Virus record (IMG/VR): IMGVR_UViG_3300050159_000048
From: a virus
Lineage: Duplodnaviria; Caudoviricetes
Length of the DNA stretch: 64,000 nucleotides
Direction: 5' to 3' (one strand)
Part shown: positions 37,263-46,140 of the stretch, in pieces
Numbering within the stretch: position 1 is the stretch's first letter
How the letters are laid out: every line of letters begins with the position of its first letter
Notes under the pieces: model-generated
The model's input: only the letters and a program-made list of their open reading frames with translations
Databases searched by the model: none
Told to the model about the DNA's origin: nothing
Translations under genes and position numbers: made by a program

Positions 37263-37280
37263 CCCCTCTCCGCCGGTAGA

Positions 37281-37580
37281 TTAGGTGTGCAAGCTAAACC
37301 GCTCAAGCGGTTTGCGCTGATCACCAATCAGAGGTTGGGTACAGATAGCGGTGTATCCGAGGTTGTTATCAGGCTCGAAGAACATTTGGTACTGAATGTT
37401 CGACCTCTCAAGGAACAAGGCCTGCTTCTCAAGCTCTGCCTGTGATGAGGAGCGCAGGCAGATAAGATGAGAATGTTCACCAAATCGCTCACCGGCTTCG
37501 TGGGCTGCGTGTGCTGCCTGCACAATTTGCTGTGCAGGCGTCAGGTCGCCACGAATGAACAAATAGGTATATTGAGTCAT
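37281..37580 (-). CDS. Peptidyl-tRNA hydrolase 2-like protein
   Basis: IRGDL..AQQIVQAAHA, F.EPD...YTAIC..P. Confidence 0.75.
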   Translation of the reverse strand: MTQYTYLFIRGDLTPAQQIVQAAHAAHEAGERFGEHSHLICLRSSSQAELEKQALFLERSNIQYQMFFEPDNNLGYTAICTQPLIGDQRKPLERFSLHT

Positions 37581-37918
37581 TACATTTCCTTCGTGAGGTA
37601 GATGGAAATGTCAGTCTCAATGGCCTGAACTTGCTCGGTGGTAAGCTCAACACCAAACACAGAAGGCGTTTGGTATGCACGCTTCCAGTGGCGGCAGCCG
37701 TATGTCACTTCGTTCAGGGCATCACAAAGTGAACGAGAGGGATTTTGCCCGTTTGCTAGTTTGGTGTTGTTGGTAATCTTGGAGAAACCGCGGCCGAGGG
37801 GGAGTCCTCGGATCCAGTTGTAGATTACGTGGTCTTTGGCAGAGCCGTGGATCTTTTTGTGTGCCTTGCACAGGGCATGGAACTGGTCGATGGTCAGATG
37901 TGTGTTTGTCGGCGTCAT
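37580..37918 (-). CDS. Hypothetical protein
   Basis: AAGGA SD, coupled to Pth2-like gene. Confidence 0.6.
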   Translation of the reverse strand: MTPTNTHLTIDQFHALCKAHKKIHGSAKDHVIYNWIRGLPLGRGFSKITNNTKLANGQNPSRSLCDALNEVTYGCRHWKRAYQTPSVFGVELTTEQVQAIETDISIYLTKEM

Positions 37919-38052
37919 GATGTATCCTTAGGAAAATGGTTAAAAGTTGCAAGAGACAAAGATAACCATACCCTCGGAGGGCCAACATTACGAATCAAAA
38001 CCTACAGTGCCATGATTTGCTCCAGTTAGACATGCGTTATTGCATGGATGTC

Positions 38053-38081
38053 AGTATATATGACGGTTTTTCTAAAGTCAA
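38053..38081 (-). promoter_or_regulatory. Sigma70-like promoter
   Basis: GTTGACT-17-TATACT. Confidence 0.75.
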
Positions 38082-38353
38082 CTGTCCCACTCAGCGTATT
38101 GGGTAATCATAGGGGGAGACGTTGTGTTGGTGAGTTCCCACAGGGCTTCATACTCAACGCCATCAATGACGTACGTCAACGATGCACAATGAAGAGAAAG
38201 ACCGTCACGAACGGGTTCAATTTGTCGCGCTTGGATCATTTCCCACACAACTGCTGATTGCTCAGCAGTTAGTTGCGTCATCTTTCTTGGGAACGCCTTC
38301 TTGAGGAAGTTGATAGCTTCCTCACGCGTTAGATTCGGTATCTCCTTGGTCAT
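38078..38353 (-). CDS. Hypothetical protein
   Basis: ATGA-coupled to prs. Confidence 0.55.
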   Translation of the reverse strand: MTKEIPNLTREEAINFLKKAFPRKMTQLTAEQSAVVWEMIQARQIEPVRDGLSLHCASLTYVIDGVEYEALWELTNTTSPPMITQYAEWDS

Positions 38354-39306
38354 GATTGTGCAATCTCGCTAACTGACGTTCCGTTGTGCACCCGCTTGAT
38401 CGTCTCTGCGAGCAAAGACGCTACGCTGATTTGACGAACCTTTTCAAAACCAACAAACGAGTCAGTGAGAGGGATGGAATCTGTGACAACCAGTTCTTCA
38501 AGCTTGGATTCAGCCAAGTTCGTCAACGCCTTGCCAGACAGCACGCCGTGAGATGCGTACGCTACAACACGCCGTGCACCACCACGATCAATCAGCGCGT
38601 TCGCTGCTTTGGCAAGCGTACCGGCGGTATCCACCATGTCGTCGATCATAATGCAGGTACGATCTTCAACATTGCCAATGATGTTCATCACTTCAGATTC
38701 ATTTGCCCGTTCACGTCGCTTGTCAACGATCGCAAGTTCCATGTTATTCAGCTGGCTGGCCGTAGCACGAGCTCGCGCCACACCACCAACGTCAGGTGAC
38801 ACAATAATCGGATTTTCCGTACGCCACCTGTGGTAGATGTCACTAACGAACAGTGATTGTGCACCCATGTTATCAACCGGAATTGTGAAGAACCCCTGGA
38901 TTTGGGTTGCGTGCAAGTCGATTGTGACAACATGATCAATGCCGACACCTTCCAGCATGTGCGCCACAACGCTGGCGGAGATTGGGACGCGAGAGTATCC
39001 GGGACGGCGGTCTTGCCGAGCATACCCAAAGTACGGAATCACCGCGACAATCTTTTGAACGGACGACCGGCGCAGCGCATCCGCAATCAGCATCGTCTCC
39101 ATGAGGGTGTCGTTGGCGGGTGCGCATGTTGGTTGAACGATGAATGCTGTACAGCCACGAACGTTGTCTTTCAGCTCTACGCGGATTTCTCCGTCGCTGA
39201 ACCGCTCAACGTCTACACGCTCAAGGCCAATGTTGAGTTTTTGTGCAATTGCTTGCGCCAATTTACGGTTTGCTGTTCCTGCAAACAATTTGATCTCACC
39301 GTTCAT
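38350..39306 (-). CDS. prs: Ribose-phosphate pyrophosphokinase
   Basis: FSDGE, PYFGYARQDRR, DLHA, SPDVGG, DKRR, DDMVDTAGT. Confidence 0.97.
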   Translation of the reverse strand: MNGEIKLFAGTANRKLAQAIAQKLNIGLERVDVERFSDGEIRVELKDNVRGCTAFIVQPTCAPANDTLMETMLIADALRRSSVQKIVAVIPYFGYARQDRRPGYSRVPISASVVAHMLEGVGIDHVVTIDLHATQIQGFFTIPVDNMGAQSLFVSDIYHRWRTENPIIVSPDVGGVARARATASQLNNMELAIVDKRRERANESEVMNIIGNVEDRTCIMIDDMVDTAGTLAKAANALIDRGGARRVVAYASHGVLSGKALTNLAESKLEELVVTDSIPLTDSFVGFEKVRQISVASLLAETIKRVHNGTSVSEIAQS

Positions 39307-39337
39307 GGGGGATCTCCTCAAATAAAGAGGAATAATA

Positions 39338-39344
39338 CTAAATA
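39338..39344 (+). promoter_or_regulatory. Late promoter CTAAATA
   Basis: Upstream of tailspike. Confidence 0.5.
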
Positions 39345-39382
39345 ACACCACAATAATCAACTTAGGGTAAAGGACCTAATGC

Positions 39383-41578
39383 ATGCCAAATCCGTCATAT
39401 GTCAAGTCCATGAATGTTAACTTCAGCGATAGGAAACAAGATGTAGTACAAATTGTGTCATCGCCAAACATTGTTGCACTTTGGTATTCGATGAGTGATG
39501 CTGATAGGGCCAATCTTGCAACATTGGCTACAGCCAACGGAGGTTCTCTACCACTACCGTCAATGGCGCTCGCACATTCAACCCTAATGCCGAACGGAAT
39601 GAGTTGGTGGCAGACGTATCAAGGTATGTGCAAAACCATTCCCGCAAGCCTCAAGTCGTCTGTTGGATCAGCCGCTGATGGAATGAGTTCGGCTGATGTT
39701 TCTAAAATCCAGTCGTTGGTGTCAGGGGATGAATTTCGTGAGTACCCGCTGAGACAGTACGGTGATGCGCGCAGGGCCACCCGCTTTAAGGCCGCGGGCG
39801 CCATGGACATCATTTCGACCGAGCTGCGCATCACCGGCTACACGTTCACCGACTCGGACGTCGGCAAGACCGCGGCGATCAAGGGCCCCGGCGTTGGCTC
39901 CCCAACCTCAGACTTTGCTGTCGTCGCCAATGACGGCGTGCTGATCGGCACCATCCTGTCGGTCAGTGGTGGCAAGGCATACCTGTCGGTGGCGGCCACC
40001 CAGACGGCATCCAACTGCGAAGTGATCTTCGGGTGGCCGTGCGACGACGCGTTCGTGGCCGCCGTGGCCAAGTGCCGTGCCGACTACGTAGCCGACGGCG
40101 TGCCGGGCAAGGTCATCATTCCCGGTGGTGACTACATGGTCACTGGCCGCCTGCCGGTCAGTTCGGGCGTGTCGATGGGAGGCTGCCGACGCGACGGCAC
40201 GAGTGTCTACGTGTGCAAGGTCGTCGCCAACGCCGACGACTCGAACACGGCGCCCTGGATTGCTCGCGAAAGCTCCTTTGCAGTCGGCGGGTACTACGAC
40301 TGCGTGTGCCTGGAGAATTTCAGCCTGATCGGCACCTTCTTCGCATCCAGCGGGCCCTACGGCAGCGACATGAAGATGATCTCGATGGATGGCACGAACC
40401 AGTCGTTTGTGCGGCACATGCGGATCGTGGACAACCCGAGCACGGCGCTGGGCTACGATAAGTCCATCGCCTGCGAGCTGGCCCACAACCTCATCATCCG
40501 CCCCGCACGGCTGGCAAGGCCCAGCACCAGCGGCAACTCGGGCGGCGCGGGCGGCTCCGGCATCGGTATCGCGGTCGGCGATACCGAGCTGTCGATGCAC
40601 GTCCACCACAACACCATCATCGGCACACTGGCGGCGGGCATGGGCAACTTGGCCGCAGGCGCGGTCGGCCGCAGCGGTATCAACATCGAGGCGTCAGCCG
40701 AGACGCCTAACCCGCCCGCATTCGGCGGTTCCGGCCTCATCATCGAAGCCAACATCGTCCGCGGCTTCTTCAACGGCGTCGTGGACAGCGGCGCGCAGGG
40801 TACGCGCATCGTTCACAACGTCATCAGCCAGTGCGTCCACGGGATCAAGGCGGGCAGCAACGGGGTGACATACGGCCGCGTAGCGCGCGACACGCTGATC
40901 GCACACAACGATATCAGCAACTTGTTCACCTGGAATGCCCAGTACAGCGCGGGCATCATGGTCAACAGCGCCGTTGGCGCGACTGCCAACGGTCAGTCTG
41001 GTATCGCGCTCGCCTATGGTCGCTCGCGCGTGCTGGACAACACCATCCGCGCCGCCGCTGGCGGGTACGGAATCGCGCTGATCGTCAACGCGGGAAAGCC
41101 GCTGCTCGGACTTACGGTGCGCGGCAACCTGGTGTCCGACTGCGACCTGTCGGGCATCCGGTTGTTCGGTGGGTTCATCGACTTGGAGCTTACTGACAAC
41201 ATGATGATCTCCAACGGCCGCGCTGCCACCGCGGGGAACAAGGCTCCGATCCGGTTCGATACCGGCACCACCTGGGTGGGCGGCAAGTACTCGGGCAATC
41301 ACTACCTGGACCCCGAGTCGAGCCCGACGCAGGACGCGGCGCCGACCGTCAACAACGCAACGCTCACGAACGTGTGGGCAGCCGAAAAGGTGTTGGCGCT
41401 CGCCAGCAACGCGGTCGCCAACTTGCCGGCCGCTTCGGCTGCGTACAAGGGATTCCGCGCGACCGTGACGGATGCGTCCACGGCGTACACGTCGGCCAAC
41501 GTTGGCGTCACGGTCGCGGCCGGCGGCGCCAACACCGCGCCTGTGTTCTGCAACGGCACCAACTGGGTGATCGGCTGA
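39383..41578 (+). CDS. Tailspike/tail fibre with pectate-lyase-like parallel beta-helix
   Basis: Repeated N-x-I beta-helix pattern, G/A/S/N rich, C-terminal TVAAGGAN..PVFCNGTNW motif; high GC after ~39770. Confidence 0.8.
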   Translation: MPNPSYVKSMNVNFSDRKQDVVQIVSSPNIVALWYSMSDADRANLATLATANGGSLPLPSMALAHSTLMPNGMSWWQTYQGMCKTIPASLKSSVGSAADGMSSADVSKIQSLVSGDEFREYPLRQYGDARRATRFKAAGAMDIISTELRITGYTFTDSDVGKTAAIKGPGVGSPTSDFAVVANDGVLIGTILSVSGGKAYLSVAATQTASNCEVIFGWPCDDAFVAAVAKCRADYVADGVPGKVIIPGGDYMVTGRLPVSSGVSMGGCRRDGTSVYVCKVVANADDSNTAPWIARESSFAVGGYYDCVCLENFSLIGTFFASSGPYGSDMKMISMDGTNQSFVRHMRIVDNPSTALGYDKSIACELAHNLIIRPARLARPSTSGNSGGAGGSGIGIAVGDTELSMHVHHNTIIGTLAAGMGNLAAGAVGRSGINIEASAETPNPPAFGGSGLIIEANIVRGFFNGVVDSGAQGTRIVHNVISQCVHGIKAGSNGVTYGRVARDTLIAHNDISNLFTWNAQYSAGIMVNSAVGATANGQSGIALAYGRSRVLDNTIRAAAGGYGIALIVNAGKPLLGLTVRGNLVSDCDLSGIRLFGGFIDLELTDNMMISNGRAATAGNKAPIRFDTGTTWVGGKYSGNHYLDPESSPTQDAAPTVNNATLTNVWAAEKVLALASNAVANLPAASAAYKGFRATVTDASTAYTSANVGVTVAAGGANTAPVFCNGTNWVIG

Positions 41579-41638
41579 TTCCCATCCCCCGCCAGTAGAT
41601 ATTGAAAAGAAACGCTAACTAACACAAGGAGATTGTGC

Positions 41639-42211
41639 ATGGCTTATACAAACGAAGACTATAAACGCGTTGCAGAACAACTAAAGTGCGAACCAGCAGC
41701 GGTTGCCGCAGTTGCTGCCGTGGAATCTGCTGGCAGTGGTTTTGATCCCGAGGGATTTCCAAAGACCCTATTCGAAGGACATTGGTTCTACAAGCTAACA
41801 AACGGTAAGTATGCTCAATCTCATCCCGATCTGTGCTATCCGAAGTGGACCAAGCAGTTCTACGGAAAGACCTGGCGTGAGGAGAAGGATCGTCTTAATC
41901 GAGCGATTGCTCTAGATAGGAATGCGGCATTGATGTCTGCGTCGTGGGGTTCGTTCCAAATCATGGGATACAACTTCGCTAAGTGTGGGTACAAAACCGT
42001 GCAGCAGTTCGTTAATGATATGTGTAAGGGCGACGGTGCTCAACTTGATGCGTTTGCAGAGTTTGTTCACGAATCCGGAATGGCTGACGAGCTTCAAGAT
42101 AAGCGGTGGGCTGATTTTGCGCGCCTGTATAATGGCCCTGGATACGCACAAAACAGCTACGATAAGAAGCTAGCGGCAGCATATGCAAAAGCCCTACAAA
42201 CCCTAGGTTGA
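41639..42211 (+). CDS. N-acetylmuramidase endolysin (DUF3380-type)
   Basis: AVAAVES.G.GF, LFEGHWF, SASWG.FQIMG.N, FARLYNGP.Y..N.YD. Confidence 0.92.
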   Translation: MAYTNEDYKRVAEQLKCEPAAVAAVAAVESAGSGFDPEGFPKTLFEGHWFYKLTNGKYAQSHPDLCYPKWTKQFYGKTWREEKDRLNRAIALDRNAALMSASWGSFQIMGYNFAKCGYKTVQQFVNDMCKGDGAQLDAFAEFVHESGMADELQDKRWADFARLYNGPGYAQNSYDKKLAAAYAKALQTLG

Positions 42212-42237
42212 CTTAACGCATTCTGATAACGTATAAT
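42208..42237 (+). promoter_or_regulatory. Sigma70-like promoter
   Basis: GTTGACT-18-TATAAT. Confidence 0.7.
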
Positions 42238-42263
42238 CGCCTCCATCAATCCAATTTGGGTTA

Positions 42264-42767
42264 ATGGAGGCGATTTTGTTTCTAGACGTTTCATCTATAA
42301 CTGACTGGCGGTCCGCAACAAAGACTCGCCCCATTGTGGCTAAGCACGTCACAGCTCTCACCACAGATCAGCGTTTGCTTTCACAGCTGCTGATTGGTAC
42401 GTTGGAAGGGCGTGAGCCTATCGACGCACATAATGTGATCTGTGTTGGTGAGCATGGTGATGCTTGGCAATCTACTCCAAAGAAGTTGCTGGCAAAGTAC
42501 AGCATTTCTAGTATTGACCAGGATGGGTGGTTGGTATGCGACCCCAAACCCGACAACGCTGTTGATTGTTTTGAGGTCACGTCTGATCACATTGACGGCG
42601 ATCAATTCTACGTAGTTGGTTTGTGGGGTGAGACGTTGCCGGATGGTACAAAGAACGTACAAACCGGTCTTCGAGGCGATATCGTCTGTCGAAGCCAAAC
42701 CGACCAATCAGACATCTGGATTGTTCGTCGAAAATTGTTCAATTCAACATACGAAATCAGAGGATAA
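42264..42767 (+). CDS. Hypothetical protein (weak PGDYG-family resemblance)
   Basis: TLEG.EPI..ICVGEHGD.W and ..GDIVCR...D.WIVRR..F..TY halves. Confidence 0.55.
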   Translation: MEAILFLDVSSITDWRSATKTRPIVAKHVTALTTDQRLLSQLLIGTLEGREPIDAHNVICVGEHGDAWQSTPKKLLAKYSISSIDQDGWLVCDPKPDNAVDCFEVTSDHIDGDQFYVVGLWGETLPDGTKNVQTGLRGDIVCRSQTDQSDIWIVRRKLFNSTYEIRG

Positions 42768-42796
42768 CATGAAAATCCGTACAACGAGTGATGAAA

Positions 42797-43462
42797 TTAT
42801 GCAAGACGCCAGCCTTTTGCCGTTCGTTGAGTGCCTTTAATGAGGGCTGTAATCATAGGACGAGGGACGTTGTGCGTTGTATGAAAGTCCTGTCTCGTTC
42901 CCACAAAAGTCTCACCTAATATATGTTGGAAGGTCAGCACTTCTGGATTGAAGTTAGGGTTGGCTGTCCCTACGCCGGAGCGAGATCGGCGAATGCGTTT
43001 CATATCTTCCGAACGTGTTTGTCGCAGAATAGCTGCCAATGCTTCACCGTGTCGCTCTTCGTATGATTTTCCGGTATACCGGTCTTTTGCACCCTGGGAT
43101 AAGCGTTGACGTACTTCTGAGGTATGTGTCTTACCCCACATGCCGTTGGAAGTTCCATGCAGGATTGGTCCTCTATCACCACCCAGTGTCATATTGTATC
43201 CAATGTATCGCTTGTGCGTTCCATTTTCCAATATGAATCTCTCCTCCGCCCACCAAGCGTCTTGTTCTGTGTATGCTACGAATAACACTTCCGATGTCCA
43301 GTTGCGTGCTCCATGTTTTCGTATGGCTCGGTGAAAAGGTGTTTTTGACCCACCATTCGCCGCGCTGATATGTTGGGAGAAACGCTCTTGCATGGTGTGT
43401 TTAGTGTAACCAACATATGACTTGCCGTTGACTGTATTTGTGTGTTTGTAGATAGTGAACAT
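42797..43462 (-). mobile_element. GIY-YIG homing endonuclease (Seg-like) with NUMOD-type repeats
   Basis: TIYKHTN..NGKSYVGYT, ERF..H, E..FI..GYNMT.GG, MWGKTHT.E. Confidence 0.92.
43428..43456 (+). promoter_or_regulatory. Sigma70-like promoter embedded antisense in GIY-YIG 5' end
   Basis: GTTGACT-17-GATAGT, 41 nt upstream of ATG 43498. Confidence 0.5.
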
Positions 43463-43479
43463 TCAATGTCTCCGTTATC

Positions 43480-43487
43480 TATTTATG
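43480..43487 (-). promoter_or_regulatory. Late promoter CATAAATA for GIY-YIG
   Basis: Followed by GGAG SD and ATG 43462. Confidence 0.65.
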
Positions 43488-43497
43488 AAAGATCAAT

Positions 43498-44295
43498 ATG
43501 AAGTTGAGGATTTGTTCAGATTTACACCTTGAATTTGCTGACTATGAAGTTCCAGCTCTCGAAGGAGACAAGGAGACGGTGTTGGTGCTTGCTGGTGACA
43601 TCGGCCTCGTGCACAAAAAGAGCAACATGACGGAGCGGTATATTCCGTTTCTGGCGCGGGCGAGTGCTCAGTTTCGTAAGGTGGTGATGATTGTTGGTAA
43701 TCACGAACATTACCACGGATCGTTCAAGAAGACTCACGCCCTGCTGCGAGCTGCCATCGAGGCAGCTGGATTGCAGAATGTGGCTTTGCTGGAAAAGTCG
43801 TCCTGTGTGGTGGATGATGTTGCGTTCATTGGATCCACTTTGTGGACTGAATGTGACAATCAGAGTCCGTATGCAAACATGCTGTTTCGTGGGATGAATG
43901 ATAGTCGTCTTATCCGCACAGGCATCAACGACCCATACGAGCGAGCGTTTAGTGCTACCGCGTCATGGGTGGATTTTTCGAAGGCTGTGATGTATACAAT
44001 GGATGAGCTTGCTAAGCAGCGAGCTGATGGCAAGAAGACGGTTGTGGTTACTCACCACGCTCCGTCACATCTGTCGATCCATCATTTGTACGTTGGGTCA
44101 CCCATGAATATGTTCTATGCATCCGATTTGTCAAATTACATTCGAGAGGCGAAGCCTAATTTGTGGATCCATGGTCATACCCACCACCAGTTTGATTATG
44201 CCCTATACGACACTCGTGTGGTTGCGAATCCTCGCGGATATCACGGACACGAGGACACGTCAGGGTTTAACGAAACTTTGGTGATCGAAGTATGA
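43498..44295 (+). CDS. Calcineurin-like metallophosphoesterase
   Basis: SDLHLE, LAGDI, GNHEHY, THHAP, WIHGHTH, NPRGY. Confidence 0.93.
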   Translation: MKLRICSDLHLEFADYEVPALEGDKETVLVLAGDIGLVHKKSNMTERYIPFLARASAQFRKVVMIVGNHEHYHGSFKKTHALLRAAIEAAGLQNVALLEKSSCVVDDVAFIGSTLWTECDNQSPYANMLFRGMNDSRLIRTGINDPYERAFSATASWVDFSKAVMYTMDELAKQRADGKKTVVVTHHAPSHLSIHHLYVGSPMNMFYASDLSNYIREAKPNLWIHGHTHHQFDYALYDTRVVANPRGYHGHEDTSGFNETLVIEV

Positions 44296-44861
44296 GGATT
44301 GTTGTCACAGGCAACATGGGGTGTGGCAAGAGCACATTCGTCAAACTGATGAGTGAGTGTTTGCCACACTATACTGTGTTTGATTTTGATGCTGCAGTTC
44401 ATTCACTGTATGAGGATGAGGACATCCAGCTGAAGTTGGATGAGGCGTTCGGTACGCACATTCGTCAAGAAGTTAGAGAGCAGGTATTTGCTGATCCGCA
44501 TAAAATGCGACAGCTTGCCAACATTACCAACCAAAAGCTGTTGCTCCGTACCCTATCCGCCGCGGAGCATGAGAACAGGATTTTGGATATTCCCCTGTAC
44601 TTTGAATACTATGCTCGTTCCATTAAGCAATACACCCACATAGACAAGGTGATCTGTGTCACAGCATCACCCGAAATCCAACGGGCTCGCATCAAGGTTC
44701 GGAACGGACATTCTGACAGCATGATCGACGCGATTTTGTCGAAGCAGATGGATCCGGTACACAAAGCGAAACTGAGTGATGTTGAGTTTATCAATAATTT
44801 CAGTACAGTAGATGAAATGAGAAATGCTGTTCGGCATTTCGTTACACAGGAGATTTTGTAA
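44292..44861 (+). CDS. coaE: Dephospho-CoA kinase-like protein
   Basis: VTGNMGCGKST, D.D..VH.LY, RQEVREQVF, LDIPLYFE, QRARI..R. Confidence 0.8.
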   Translation: MRIVVTGNMGCGKSTFVKLMSECLPHYTVFDFDAAVHSLYEDEDIQLKLDEAFGTHIRQEVREQVFADPHKMRQLANITNQKLLLRTLSAAEHENRILDIPLYFEYYARSIKQYTHIDKVICVTASPEIQRARIKVRNGHSDSMIDAILSKQMDPVHKAKLSDVEFINNFSTVDEMRNAVRHFVTQEIL

Positions 44862-45358
44862 TGCGGCGTGGTATGATTGCTGGGTCATTTGATCCAATTA
44901 CACACGGACATACATGGATGATTGAGCAAGCTGCACAGCTTGTCGACAAGCTGTATGTTGTTGTCGGTAACAATCCCGCCAAAAAGTACATGTTCAATGC
45001 TAACGACCGAATGGACATGGTCAATAATGTGTGTGACCGGGTTTGTGGAGTTGGGTATACCGCTCTGTACTTGCCGCATGACCAGTTGCTGATCGACATG
45101 GCGAAGGAGCATCAGTGCGATATCCTTATCCGCGGCATCCGCAATAATGAAGACTACAACTATGAAGCTCAACTACGGTTGATCAACCGTAGGATTTCTC
45201 CTGAGATTGAGACGATCTTTCTGATGCCTCCTAGAGAGCTGTCGGATGTAAGTTCCTCAGCGGTGAAGGGATTGGTTGGTTGTGGTAACTGGCGGCAGAT
45301 TGTGTCCGAATATGTTGATCCTTACGTGATGACGTATTTGGAATCAATCCCCAAATAA
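44861..45358 (+). CDS. coaD: Phosphopantetheine adenylyltransferase
   Basis: AGSFDPITHGH, NPAKK.MF...R, RGIR...DY.YE, VSSSAVK. Confidence 0.9.
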   Translation: MRRGMIAGSFDPITHGHTWMIEQAAQLVDKLYVVVGNNPAKKYMFNANDRMDMVNNVCDRVCGVGYTALYLPHDQLLIDMAKEHQCDILIRGIRNNEDYNYEAQLRLINRRISPEIETIFLMPPRELSDVSSSAVKGLVGCGNWRQIVSEYVDPYVMTYLESIPK

Positions 45359-45373
45359 AACGGAGAATTTAAG

Positions 45374-45649
45374 GTGACATTCCAAACCATCAAAGTTGAA
45401 AAGCTTGAGCCGCATACGTTCAATTCATGGACCGACGGAGCGAAAGTGCTTCTGGCCACTCGAGCGTGCATGGATGTACCTTACCGACCACTCGGACTAC
45501 CCTCTGTTTGGGCAAGAGCTGAGCGGTTACTTGAAGAGATTGGTAACTGGCCGGCTATTACAACATTCTACGTGTATGCTGATCTTGGCGAATTTCTACC
45601 AATGGTGTACGCATACCCGGATCGAGATTTGCGGTTGCTGATTGATTGA
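45374..45649 (+). CDS. Hypothetical protein
   Basis: GTG start after GGAG. Confidence 0.5.
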   Translation: MTFQTIKVEKLEPHTFNSWTDGAKVLLATRACMDVPYRPLGLPSVWARAERLLEEIGNWPAITTFYVYADLGEFLPMVYAYPDRDLRLLID

Positions 45650-45670
45650 CGAGCAACGATAGATACTAAA

Positions 45671-46030
45671 GCCTGCCAACGAAGTAGGCCGCTGAAACAA
45701 CACAGCGTAATAACTAGAAACATCAGGAGTGCATGCCTTTTCTGCCTCCGGAGTGGGAACAGAGACTGTGGAGCCAGTCTAACGAGCCTTTGGCTATAGA
45801 AGCCATAAAGTTGACCACCTTGGGAGTAATGGCTCCTTTTTTACCAAAACAGTAAGCCTGTGTTCTCAGGCCGCGAGGTATCTTCCAAATCAGCTGCGTT
45901 AATGCGGGGGCAGGGGATGATTAAAGAGCCCGGCTTGTATTAACCGAGTATGACAGCTTCCGAACTATGGCAACGTTATGAACGTAGTGAGTAACGTGCT
46001 GATAGTTCGCCGCCTGTAAAGGCGGTCTCT
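45671..46030 (+). ncRNA. Candidate structured non-coding RNA(s)
   Basis: ORF-free 360 nt with at least 8 hairpins, G-U pairs and a GNRA loop favouring the plus strand. Confidence 0.5.
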
Positions 46031-46056
46031 CTATGATGCCGGCATGGATCTGCGTG

Positions 46057-46085
46057 TTGATTTCCGTTAACGGTTAAACTACTAT
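46057..46085 (+). promoter_or_regulatory. Sigma70-like promoter
   Basis: GTTGATT-17-TACTAT upstream of NadM-Nudix. Confidence 0.55.
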
Positions 46086-46140
46086 ATACGCATGTGATGG
46101 ATAGACCGTCACATATCAAATCAATTTGAAGGAGTTTCAA

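Noticed and set aside
38350-39306. Prs as NARP1 Adps (ADPR-PP synthetase)
   Set aside because: The sequence looks like a full-length canonical Prs and no Namat/NadV partner is adjacent. It cannot be excluded without phylogeny.
39762-41640. Many overlapping ORFs (e.g. 39908-40609, 40694-41302) in the tailspike region
   Set aside because: Shadow ORFs expected from high GC3; low-complexity R/A/G translations.
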